A stretch of DNA of 64,000 nt from positions 56,668,001 through 56,732,000 of the forward strand of contig NC_043001.1 of the NCBI RefSeq assembly GCF_006345805.1. Direction: 5' to 3'. Numbering within the stretch: position 1 is the stretch's first letter; each line of letters opens with the position of its first letter. Shown here in pieces: positions 42,262 to 54,265 of this stretch. The position numbers and the translations under genes were made by a program. This DNA comes from Octopus sinensis (taxonomy: Eukaryota). The notes under the pieces are model-generated. The model saw only the letters and a program-made list of their open reading frames with translations, was not told where the DNA came from and made no database searches.

Positions 42262-43070
42262 ATCCATCTATCCATATTAAGCACACTGCATAAACATGTA
42301 TTGCATGTCAGGTTGCTTTGAGGATCGCTTGAGTGCTCCTGTCAGCATATAATCAAACACAACCTGTTACATGTTCCTTATGTAGGTGACTAAACCAACA
42401 GCCCTCCAGGCTAATCTGAGAAAGAATGTTGCTAGTAAAGCAGCTGGATAAAAGAAATGATGGAAAATGCATATGCTTATAGAATATCTAGAAACGTTTA
42501 TCTCCACTTAAAAGTAGATGGTCCATTAGAACAAACTGTTTAGCGTTAGTTGCCATGGGCGAAACTCACATATTGGCTTTTTGGTGCAAAATGCACTCCT
42601 GTTTCCATTGCTAATAAGGAGATAAATCCCCACTACCTCAAGCACTGAGACCACCAGATCATGTGACTTCGACCTTGTTTGTTCTAGTTAAAGATGGACA
42701 GTCGACTGCTAGAAACAGCAGCGATTCATCTCCCCGCCATTATTATACATTGAGTGCCAGAACAGACGCTGGTGTTACTTGAGGACATAGAATACTCGAT
42801 AAAGCGAACGATCGTGCTGTAAGAGCACCCAGGTTGTGTTTGAAAACCCTGATTCAAACTCGTGCTTTGCTTAAGTACCAATGGTTAAGAACAATAGGAA
42901 ATGAAATGATTAAAATAAAATTCGAGGTCTTTAAATAGCAGTTTCGTTTAATTTTTTCTGCTATCAGAAAATTCTATCCTTACACAAAAATTAGATCTTG
43001 TGCATTGAAAGCTCAATTCGCAATAAACAAAACTACGTACATGTACCTTTGTAGAATGTGGTATTCTTAC

Positions 43071-43123
43071 CTTGTGATCGTTTTCAAATTCTTCGTCGAT
43101 GAAGTTTCTGGTAACTAGTGACA
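43071..43123 (-). CDS. Candidate 53-nt coding exon (xSLVTRNFIDEEFENDHK), product unknown
   Basis: Acceptor ttgcattcttcgaaccatttacag, donor AAG|gtaaga, one open frame. No homology recognised. Confidence 0.25.
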
Positions 43124-43395
43124 CTGTAAATGGTTCGAAGAATGCAAGCAAAATTTCACACAGAGATAGACTAGAGCGAAAGAGTTACTTTTGTTCATCG
43201 TATTGAGATTCATCATGAAACACACGCAGATGAGCACGCATACATGCACACATACACAAGCACACACATACACACATTCATAAATACAAGTTATTCTCTT
43301 TTCTAAAGCCATGTGAACCTCTATTTAAGGAAGTATTCAGCATATATTAATGCATAGTTCAAGATACTCGATGTTCAGATCAGCAATGTCCACGC

Positions 43396-43544
<149 letters not shown>

Positions 43545-43664
43545 CATATGTGTGTGTGTACGGATATGTACATGCACGCTAATGCATATACATATATTTC
43601 TATATATATAAATATATTTCTATATGTATTCATATGTCTCTATCTATCTATACGCACCCCATCA

Positions 43665-43729
<65 letters not shown>

Positions 43730-44589
43730 GCAATTCAAAGTTTAAATTATTTGCTCTATTTTATTGCTTTAAGATGAAATGTTACTGGGAATTATATATC
43801 CAATATTTCAATGATATCAGATCTTCAATTTATGATCGGAATAAACGAGCATGTATATCTACACACATGGACATATACTTTACGCACACTTCAGAAACAT
43901 ACGCAGTCACATGCACAGTGAAATACTTACACAGAGAAATAAATAGATACATATATCGAGATATATTCAACTACATATATGTCCATACTGATATTTATGA
44001 TCAATGAAGAAGAATATTTTCTCCTTATTTTAATTTGTCTCGCTCCCTAGTTTAATCTCTTTCCCATTCTTTCTCCCTCAATCTACCTCTTTCCCTCCCT
44101 CTCTCTCACTTTCACCCTCTTTCTCCTTATTCTTTATGTCATCAATTGAATTTTCACAACGCCTACTAGGGAAAGAGTGGTTTTATATACGCAAGACACA
44201 AACACACATATTCTCTCGCTTTTTCACACACTCACACATACTTAAATACACACTTAAATACACATTTATAAAATTTTATTATCACTATTCAAGTTTCAAA
44301 TATTCGCTAGAATGCGTTCAAACTCAGAACCCAACTAGAATTGTGACGAATAGTAAAATCGCTGCACATTTGGCAATCATTTTCTTATGTCACCACTGAT
44401 AAAGAATCTTATAATAGCATATACTAAAATGTGTGACATATTTCCCCTTTTCTTTATCTATACGTTCCAAGCCAATCGGAAGTAGTTTTCTTTCTTCAAA
44501 ATTCACAGCACTTGTTTGTCCGAACGGATTATTGTGATATAACTGACATTGAAAGGGTTGTGGATGAAACAGTACTTCCCAACCTCAAG

Positions 44590-44701
44590 GTCCCGTGTTC
44601 AATCTTCTACTATAAGCTTTGGCTGACCAAAGCCTTGTGAGTGGATTTGGTTCAGGGAAACTGTCGTACATACATACAGACATGCATACATGCATTATAT
44701 G

Positions 44702-44757
<56 letters not shown>

Positions 44758-44890
44758 GATATATATATATATATATATAATATATATATATATAATGTAT
44801 GCATGTCTGTATGTACTGGGGTAAATTCTTCCGACTAAAAGTCTTCAAGGCCCAGCATGGCAGCAGTTTAATGACTGAAATGATTAAAAC
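44590..44890 (+). mobile_element. SINE family A-like, truncated
   Basis: gaccaaagccttgtgagtggatttgg and cccagcatggcagcagtttaatgactgaaa. Confidence 0.65.
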
Positions 44891-44902
44891 CAATATATAT
44901 AT

Positions 44903-45075
44903 GGGTGGAATTCACAAAAGACGAAGACAGGTGGTGTAGACAACAAACAGATGTTTAACGCTTAGTTTAACGCTCAGGAAGTGAAAAAGACGTTAATGTT
45001 TCGAGCCTACGCTCTTCCACCGAAAGGAACACAGAAAGAAACAAGGAGAGAAAATAAAGAATGTGTAGTAGCTAC
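44903..45075 (-). mobile_element. Short repeat resembling a Penelope-like element terminus, with a degenerate hammerhead-like motif
   Basis: Minus strand reads GGAAGA-gcgtaggctc-GAAAC-attaac-GTC, resembling the gaaga...cgaaac motifs of PLE ends. The core is imperfect and stem I is missing. Confidence 0.35.
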
Positions 45076-45162
45076 CGATCTATCATGGCGAATGACATAT
45101 ATATATATATATGTATGTGTGTGTGAGTGTGTGTATTTATATATATAATATATACATACACA

Positions 45163-45247
<85 letters not shown>

Positions 45248-45437
45248 CATTATATAATTAGGGCTTAGTAAAATAAATTACTTTGCCACATACTGAACTT
45301 AGTAGAAATAGCAACCAAAAAAATTTTTTTAGCCATTTCTACTACTTAAAGAAAATTTCTCTCAGATAATGTTTACTCCAGACAGCTCACGAAGGTTTGG
45401 AGGTAAATACAGAAAAATATCACAAGTACATAGATCG

Positions 45438-45500
45438 TTTGAGTACGTCAACGTTTCAAGATTAGCCAAATAAAATCAACATTTCTTTCGTCAGCTCAAA
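45438..45500 (-). ncRNA. Type I hammerhead ribozyme (copy 1)
   Basis: Reverse complement matches 46339-46401 except one C>T in stem II (possible G-C to G-U). Predicted cut after 45444. Confidence 0.83.
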
Positions 45501-45823
45501 ATTTCTTAATTTGGATTTGGAAACACTAAAAAGAAGGAACTTTACCTCTCGCGAACTTGTCGCTTCAAATGAACCAGCTCCAACTGAAGTGCCAACAAAT
45601 TCAAAATGCGCAGGCGTAAATTTCTGCACTCCTTTTCCACTCACGTGGTCTATCTAGCAAACATTATATTTTAACCGAGAGAACTTAGTAGAAATAGCAG
45701 CCAAAAAAATTTTTTTAGCCATTTCTACTACTTAAAGAAAATTTCTCTCAGATAATGTTTACTCCAGACAGCTCACGAAGGTTTGGAGGTAAATACAGAA
45801 AAATATCACAAGTACATAGATCG

Positions 45824-45886
45824 TTTGAGTACGTCAGCGTTTCAAGATTAGCCAAATAAAATCAACATTTCTTTCGTCAGCTCAAA
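45824..45886 (-). ncRNA. Type I hammerhead ribozyme (copy 2)
   Basis: Same motif with the core intact. Stem III loop is CUGA instead of UUGA, and it shares the stem II C>T of copy 1. Predicted cut after 45830. Confidence 0.8.
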
Positions 45887-46338
45887 ATTTCTTAATTTGG
45901 ATTTGGAAACACTGTCTGGAGTAAACATTATCTGAGAGAAATTTTCTTTAAGTAGTAGAAATGGCTAAAAAAATTTTTTTGGCTGCTATTTCTACTAAGT
46001 TCAGTATGTGGCAAAGTAATTTATTTTACTAAGCCCTAATTATATAATGTAATATTTTGAATTTGCCTTAAATGGTCCTTTTACATACTGAACACTTGGT
46101 GAAATTGATTAATTAATTTTACCCTCAATTGTTGATATTATAATTCATTTCTCTCTGTCATACTGCCTTGGTTCTCGCGGTTAAAATATAATGTTTGCTA
46201 GATAGACCACGTGAGTGGAAAAGGAGTGCAGAAATTTACGCCTGCGCATTTTGAATTTGTTGGCACTTCAGTTGGAGCTGGTTCATTTGAAGCGACAAGT
46301 TCCTTCTTTTTAGTGTTTCCAAATCCAAATTAAGAAAT

Positions 46339-46401
46339 TTTGAGCTGACGAAAGAAATGTTGATTTTATTTGGCCAATCTTGAAACGTTGACGTACTCAA
46401 A
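46339..46401 (+). ncRNA. Type I hammerhead ribozyme (copy 3)
   Basis: tttgag-CTGACGA-aaga...tctt-GAAA-cg-ttga-cg-TA-ctcaaa. Stem I tttgag/ctcaaa is 6 bp perfect, the full core is present, stem II closes with aaga/tctt, stem III is ACG/CGU with a UUGA loop, and the cleavage triplet is GUA (cut after 46395). Confidence 0.85.
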
Positions 46402-46691
46402 CGATCTATGTACTTGTGATATTTTTCTGTATTTACCTCCAAACCTTCGTGAGCTGTCTGGAGTAAACATTATCTGAGAGAAATTTTCTTTAAGTAGTAG
46501 AAATGGCTAAAAAAATTTTTTTGGCTGCTATTTCTACTAAGTTCAGTATGTGGCAAAGTAATTTATTTTACTAAGCCCTAATTATATAATGTAATATTTT
46601 GAATTCGCCTTAAATGGTCCTTTTACATACTGAACACTTGGTGAAATTGATTAATTAATTTTACCCTCAGTTGTTGATATATATAATATAT

Positions 46692-46722
<31 letters not shown>

Positions 46723-48054
46723 GAAGAAATGATGATGATAATAAAAAGCAAACGAAAGCGAAGCCAAGTAGAAGTATTTGTTTCATTATCTCAGCATGTA
46801 TAATGAAGTTAATGGACTTTCCAAGGATGTTGTCCTTATAAACCCAGGCCAAACCTAAGTGAATATATATCATGAAAATTATTCCAGCTGTGTTAATTTC
46901 TCATCTTTAAATGCATGAAACAAAAAACAACTAAACAAAGACACAGCATTATCAAATATATTCTTTTATTTCAGACAGTAGGTGTAATTTGAGAGAGGAC
47001 CTCTTGACTGTCATTTCTAGCACGCTTAACGACCGTGTAGAAACATCTTCATTAACTAGCGTTTTCGTTGTTGTAAAACCCCTGTTAGTCCTTGATCCTG
47101 CAGACTTGAAATGACCAAAGTCATTCCAAGTGTGACTAATCAGACTTGTTTGCTATTATCTACCTCTGTATTATCTAATAATTCTTCCTTCTTGTTAAGA
47201 TTATGGAATACAATTTCGAGGAAATTTCGCTGCTATTTTTAACAGATCAATGGACCACGTACAGGATCCCTTGTTGGCTCGAATATTTGCTTTGTTTTGC
47301 TGCGCTTTTTATTTTTTATTATATGCTTGTGTATGTTATCTTCCATTTAGCGTAATGCAAATATTATGTAACAGAACAAAAAAAGAAACAAACCCCAATT
47401 GGAAAAAAACAACAGCGATGACAAGATTTGTGGAACATGAAGTAGAAATCTGACTCGGTGATGGAGGTAATTCAGCAGAAAATAAAGATATAAAAGAAAA
47501 AGAAAAGAATCAGTCGATAAATGAATATATATATACAACAACAAATATATTTCGCAAGAAATACCATTTTCCCCATTCAAGTGCCGTTATGCAACGAGAA
47601 ATTCAGCAACTTAACTGAAATGACTTTCTTGCTGCCAAACTAAACATTTACCAAATCGAGTAAGTGAGTCATTGATGTGACACAAATGTTAGTAGAATGC
47701 CTATTTAAGAGCGTGTCTACTGTAGCTGGTTTGTTTCTGAGTTCAGAAGAACACACTTCGCACCACATCTGTCAGAAATACATCAAACAAGATCTGTTGA
47801 ACTTGTGCATAACAAAATAATGCAAATGCATCAGCATGCACGCATGCATGTATGCATGCTGATGCCTGAACGTGCAGATACATTCCTTTGTTAATTGTGT
47901 AAGAGGGGAAAAATCCCAAATACGCATGTTAATGTACACAGCAATTTGTGTGTGACTGTGTGTCTGTGTGTCTGTGCGCCTCTATGCCTGCGTGTGCAAC
48001 CACTGCTGTTTGCATATACATATATAATCACACATACATGCATACATACATACA

Positions 48055-48086
<32 letters not shown>

Positions 48087-48401
48087 ATACAATACATATG
48101 TACATACTTACATACATGTGTGTCTATATATGTATATACGTATGAACGTGTGTATGTACATATGTATACAGGCATTTATGTTGGCACACACATCCATACA
48201 TACACACACACACACACAAACGTATATATATGTTATACATATGTACAGAGAAAGAGAGACAAAGAGATAGAGAGAGAGAAAGAGAGAGGAAGATGGATGT
48301 AGATGTAAAATCCATATACATACACTCATACGTAAATACATTCGTAATATGTATTATGTAATATATACATACATACATACATACACACACACACCACACA
48401 C

Positions 48402-48450
<49 letters not shown>

Positions 48451-48452
<2 letters not shown>

Positions 48453-48691
48453 GTAAGGATTATTTGCCAACGTAACGTGGCAGTCCAGGTTAGGATGAAT
48501 GCTACTGCTATTTAACCCCAGGAAACATCGTCTCCATCTGGCAATACGACACATTATCTGTGTCCTTGAAATATAGGGACACAGATAATGTGTCATATAG
48601 CCAGCTGGAGAAGATGTTTACTGGGGATAAATAGCAGTAATATTCGTCCTAACCAGGACTGCCACGTTATGTTGGCAAATAACTTTTACTC
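48451..48691. repeat. ~240-bp palindromic MITE-like element
   Basis: ~115-bp inverted arms around a 10-nt loop (48566-48575). Confidence 0.85.
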
Positions 48692-48745
48692 TAGAGTACT
48701 GTTACTGCATGTCTCTCGTTGAGAGATTTACAAATAGTAATTATG

Positions 48746-48786
<41 letters not shown>

Positions 48787-48980
48787 ATATATAAATCTTC
48801 GTGTGACGCGTAACTTATCTTTAAATATCACAATGTACGCTTGTGTATGTTGGTGTTTGTACATCCTATTAAAACATTATATTCCGCTGCTTATTTTGCT
48901 TCTATCTCAAGCTCATGTATGATGATAGAGACAGTTTAAGTAATTAAAAGACACATGCACTGTTTTATTCAATTTTAATA

Positions 48981-49152
48981 GGCGCAGGAGTGGCTGTGTG
49001 TTAAGTAGCTTGCTTACCAACCACATGGTTCCAGGTTCAGTCCCACTGCGTGGCACCTTGGGCAAGTGTCTTCTACTATAGCCTCGGGCCGACCAAAGCC
49101 TTGTGAGTGGATTTGGTAGACGAAAACTGAAAAGAAGCCCGTCGTATATATG

Positions 49153-49214
<62 letters not shown>

Positions 49215-49222
49215 TGTGTGTG

Positions 49223-49267
<45 letters not shown>

Positions 49268-49480
49268 TGCGTTTGTGTCTGTCCCCCTCCAATATCGCTT
49301 AACAACCGATGCTGGTGTATTTACGACCCCGTAACTTAGCGGTTCGGCAAAAGAGATCAATGGGATAAAAACTAGGCTTACAAAGAATAAGTCCTGGGGT
49401 TGATTTGCTTGACTAAAGGCACTGCTCCAGCATGGCCGCAATGAAATGACTGAAACAAGTAAAAGAGTAAAAGAGTAAAA
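48981..49480 (+). mobile_element. SINE family A
   Basis: Full-length, with an (aaaagagt)n tail. Confidence 0.9.
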
Positions 49481-51899
49481 ATTTCACAATTAGATAAAAT
49501 CAATTAAGGTGAGATTTCAACTTTGAACTTAAAGAGTTAAACAATGTAAAACATGTTCTTTCGAGTATACCACCAATCTTATTATTAATAACATTAATTA
49601 GTACTAATTGTAAGCAAGTGTATCTTTGGTCATTGGTTTCCAACAGTCGACGATTAGTTTGTAACAATTCTAATTGTGAGAATTGGAAGAGAGCGTATAT
49701 AACTGGAAGGAAGAAATAACACAAGAGATTTTGTTTGCCGAGCACCGGTTTTTCGGTTATCTCCCCGTGTTTATACCGTTTCCCGATAAACAATCGCGCA
49801 CGTGCACACGCTCAAGCAGACACTCATGCGCTTATGCGTACATCAAAAGATCAAAGGTCTTTACTGAGCCATAGATTAATACCATTTTTTAAAAATTCTG
49901 GGTCATATACGTTAATCCACTGGACAGGAAGTCCGTTCCTCGCATGATTACTCATGTGTATCAGCTGAATGTACTGGAGCTTCACAGAAAGATGTGTAGG
50001 TATCGAAACCAGAATATTACGACCATGAGTGCGACAACCTAACCACTTAGCCATGCACCTTCACCACGCAGGCCTGAGAGTAACTCTTTTTCAAACATTA
50101 TATTGCTTGGTCTATAACCTTATATTGTTTTGTCGCAGGAGTTACTCAGTTATTAAAGTAGACCCAACATAAGCTCTCTAATTTGCTAAAATACATTATT
50201 CAAATAAGCTGTAGATATACAGTATATTATATTTCAGTGAAGCTGTGAGAAGCATTATCGAACTGAAAGCCCTAGCCTGTGAGTGTGTTTATTCACACAC
50301 ATTTATATGTATATATACACACATACATATATGTATATTTTCATGCATACATGCGTATACATATTCTTCCCTTATTTTTAATAAGAAAATTTGATTAAAT
50401 TTGAACATTACCGTGTCTTCAATATAACAGACACAGAGGCATATGTGTATGTATGTATGTATGTATGTATGTATGTATGTACGTACGTATGTATGTATGC
50501 ATGCATGTATGCACGTATGTATGTATGTGTATGTGTGTGTGTGTATATATATGTATCTATAAAAGTCTCTCTCCACACATCCACAACATACACGCACAAA
50601 CACACACACACAGACACACACACATGAGTATATTAGTCAGTTGATCGTGAAAGAGGCATTATAAGCATCAAAGAACACACAAAAACTGCTGCATTCACTT
50701 TTCGATATTTCCTTGCAGTTTTATTTATGATAACAAAATGTTTCGCTGTACGTCTGGGACTACTTGATTGCTTCTTTCGAAATAAGCTACTAGTGAGTTT
50801 TATAACCCCTGGGATTTTTTCCCGTTCTCTAGATTTCTTTTTTTTATATTTTTAATTAATAATTTTTTTTCTTTTATTGTACCATAATGGTTAAATATAT
50901 CAAATTTTCCAGAATACAATGTTAATAGTCATGTATTGAAAGGAGATATTACAAGCGTCGTTCGAAGCAATTTAAATATACATGTATATATATGGCAGTC
51001 GATGTCTTGATACATTCAAAATCAACACCCACGAGGAATATACGTTTTACTAGTAATATATAGTGGGAAAAGAAGGAATAATGATAATGATCTGAATAAA
51101 TAAATGAACGCAAAATATAAATGCAGATACTACAGAGAGAATCCAACCCGAAAGTAATATAAAACTATTTTGTCAAAGAGTTCGAAGAGCGGTAATTTAG
51201 AAAGACCCACGGTTTCAAAGATTGAACCGGAAATAGAATACAGAAGGAAAGAAATCCCTGTAAGGTTATAAAATCTTCTTAGTCATTGGTTTTCATCAAA
51301 TGCAGTGGTATTTTGGCAGTGATAAAGGTCAGAGCAGTACAATGTTATTATTTGGGAAGATAAAGAGACGCGCATGCCTGTGCACACGTACACGTTATAT
51401 GTGTGTGTGTGTGTGTGCATGTGCGTGTATGTGTGTGTGTGTTTGTGTTTGTATGCATGTATGTATTTATGTATGCATGCAAGTACGTTAAGGTCAGTGA
51501 AAGAGTGTAAAACTTCGCTATACAATGGTAGAGCATAGTAATAATATATTTGGACTGAGTGGACACATGTTTATTGTAGAATTTCTCTGATATCAATGTC
51601 AATAAAACGGTTTCAGTTTATTGTATTCAATGAAACTCCAACAGGCAATTGAATCGGCCTTAATACTTTATATACATATACATACATGCGCAAATGCCAC
51701 GTGAGAAGAAGCGTTGTAAGAAGTTTAAGGAAAGGAGACAATAACAATATAGGCTCGTTTTTTCTTTCCCCTCTCAACAATGATAGCTCGGTAAACAGTT
51801 CTTACGTGGAGAGAGACTACCCATTTTATTTAATACGAAGACATGGCAAATCTTCTCCAAATTTATTCCCTTTTACTCAACAGATTCCCCAACTAAAAT

Positions 51900-52600
51900 G
51901 CACACACGCCAAGTACGAAAACACCTTTGCTTACTTTAAGCCAATAATTCTCTTCCATAAGCTAGGCATTGTACTACAGATAGAGCTTGCTCCGATACTC
52001 AACAAACTCTCTCCAGGATATATCTTAGTCATGAGAAACTCGTTTCAGTGCGTCTTATTTCTCCTAAATGGGTAATCCATCTGAACCTGCCAACTGCCAC
52101 CCTCTTGAATACAATTTCAATATCTCAAAATTAATGGAGACAGGAATAAACAGTTGAGTTCTCCAGAAATTTAATTCTGTCTGTCTTTCTCAACGACAAC
52201 CAGTGTCACTTATGTAATGCGCGAACCACTGGAAATTTACACCTTCACCCTCTAGTTGGGTGACACCTCAGTGAAATTCGATAAATATAACATTGTTGCT
52301 CAACATCAATGGTTTCTTGCTATGTGTGACATGTGTTTCTCCTATGAAACCCACCTGCTTGTGGGCTCAAACCGTATCTCAACACTTGGAATAATATCTT
52401 CCAATCAGACGGCACAATAGCGGCCTAGATTGACGGAACTATTTCTTTTCCACACTCTACGAATTCTTATGAAACCCAGGCGCAGCTTTGTCCTCTACTA
52501 ATTTCATCCCTTTTAAAACTCTTAATGGTAAAAGCAAACATTAATCTTGAAACGTGCTTGACATTGCTGCTACACTGATCAAATAGCATTACTCTATATT
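51900..52600 (+). mobile_element. CR1/L2-group LINE fragment, internally deleted
   Basis: ELAPILNKL, GNPSEPAN..P...ISKLME..IN and LLNDNQ...ARTTGNL match the ELAP.L.KLF, GD.S.P.NYRPI and LLSD.QYGFR..RSTGDL RT-proximal motifs. A 3' remnant ends in aataaaa. Confidence 0.65.
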
Positions 52601-54265
52601 CAATAAAAGTACATTCGATCATACAATACATACGTACTTTTTCAATTCACCCGCTCTCCAGGAACGTATCACTTATATTGCCGAAAGTTTTGTACAATAA
52701 CGAAACAATAAGGTAAAATCGTACAACTTCCTGAAACCCAAGCCCTTTGCTTTAAAGAAATGATAAAATATGCTCAAACTGTAAATAAGAACAGAGAAAG
52801 AAAAAAGTTAACATGATACAGGACCCTTTATCCTGAAGTTAGACATATATATTAACAAGTACTTCCTTAAATTAGTCAGAAGACACTTAGCTGCTTGTCT
52901 AACAATATGTGTATGTGCATGATGGTAACTGTGTATATTACCATGGCATTACTATATATAAAATATAGGTAAATGTGTATAAATTCACGTATACATATAT
53001 TTTTGTGTGTATATGTATATATATATATATTTACGTATATATACATCTAAGTATGTTTGTACATGTATGCATACATCTGAAACAGAGTTATTTACTATGT
53101 TTACTATTTGTAAGCTGTAACTGTGGTGATTGCACAAAATAAGAAAACATCCAATTGTTCTGCTAAATAAACAATAAAACAAATAGAAATCATATGTTTC
53201 TTTAGATGATATTTGCCAACTCATCAGATTACATAAGCCCTTAATCTTCAGCTATCTAGAGATATATTGAATTAAATCGTTACACACACTTGTACATGTG
53301 TATCCTTCCCTCTATGTATGTATGTATGTATGTATGTATGTATGTATGTATGTATGTATGTATGTATGTATGTATGTATGTATGCATGAATGTGCGTATA
53401 TCTATGTATATACATCTCTCTCTCTCTTTATATATATATAAATATATATATATATATGCATACAAACGTACATACACACACGCGCGCGCGCACACACACA
53501 TATATATATTACGGAGGGGGATCGCTAAGCAGTCATAATTGAAATTGCAATGTTATTATCAGTCCGAATATGTTTGATGCACGTTCGAACTGGGGAACAA
53601 TCTACTCACTGTCTTTTGTCTCGGAGAATATGTCTCACTTTCTGACAAATGGTGTGTATACATCTAGATCAGCTCGCAGCGCCATCTACTTAGAGTGTGA
53701 GATGCTAGCATTTCGGAGTAGTTATCTCCTCATCCGTCACAGACACTAGGCAGACGACACTAAAGCGTAAGAGAGGCAATCTCTTAATTCAGCACGTAGT
53801 GTCGTCATAAACTTAAACTAATAATATGCTTCATAAACACCAAAAACTCAAAATCTATTTATGAAAAGCGCTTCACAAACATGAAAAGCCGCGAAAAACA
53901 TGTTAATGATTAATATATCCACAATTTTGTCTGTAAAATTGCGAGTTGTAAACTTCAGAATTCCAACTGTTATAGAAGACAAACATACTTGTTCGCTCTG
54001 ACGCAGGCTCTCTATGCATTTACACCAGTAATTCTTATCTACTTTACTCTACTGGACCTCTTTAAGCACTCGTCATGTATTAAAAATGATCTTACTGTAT
54101 TTTTTGTAACTAATGTTATTGAGAAGTGTGTAAAAATTTGAAATATTTTGTGTACAGATATAACAATTGAAATAAAAAAAAAAACTACAACGAAATGCAG
54201 CAACATGTCACTACTGAGAATCAGAATGGTTAATGAAAAAAAAAACAACCCGTCGGTGGGAATGT

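Larger units (their letters stand above)
45241..46680. mobile_element. Ribozyme-bearing ~550-bp non-autonomous element in tandem plus inverted array (retrozyme / Penelope-associated-like)
   Basis: Four near-identical segments: 45241-45684 and 45681-45913 (ribozyme sense on -), 45912-46138 and 46139-46680 (sense on +, period 542). Only a few SNPs, microhomology at the junctions, (TA)n on both flanks, no coding homology seen. Confidence 0.7.

Noticed and set aside
45462-45644. ORF in the ribozyme element (and 46236-46442) as Penelope RT or GIY-YIG
   Set aside because: No RT or GIY-YIG motifs, and the frames are broken by indels and stops between copies.
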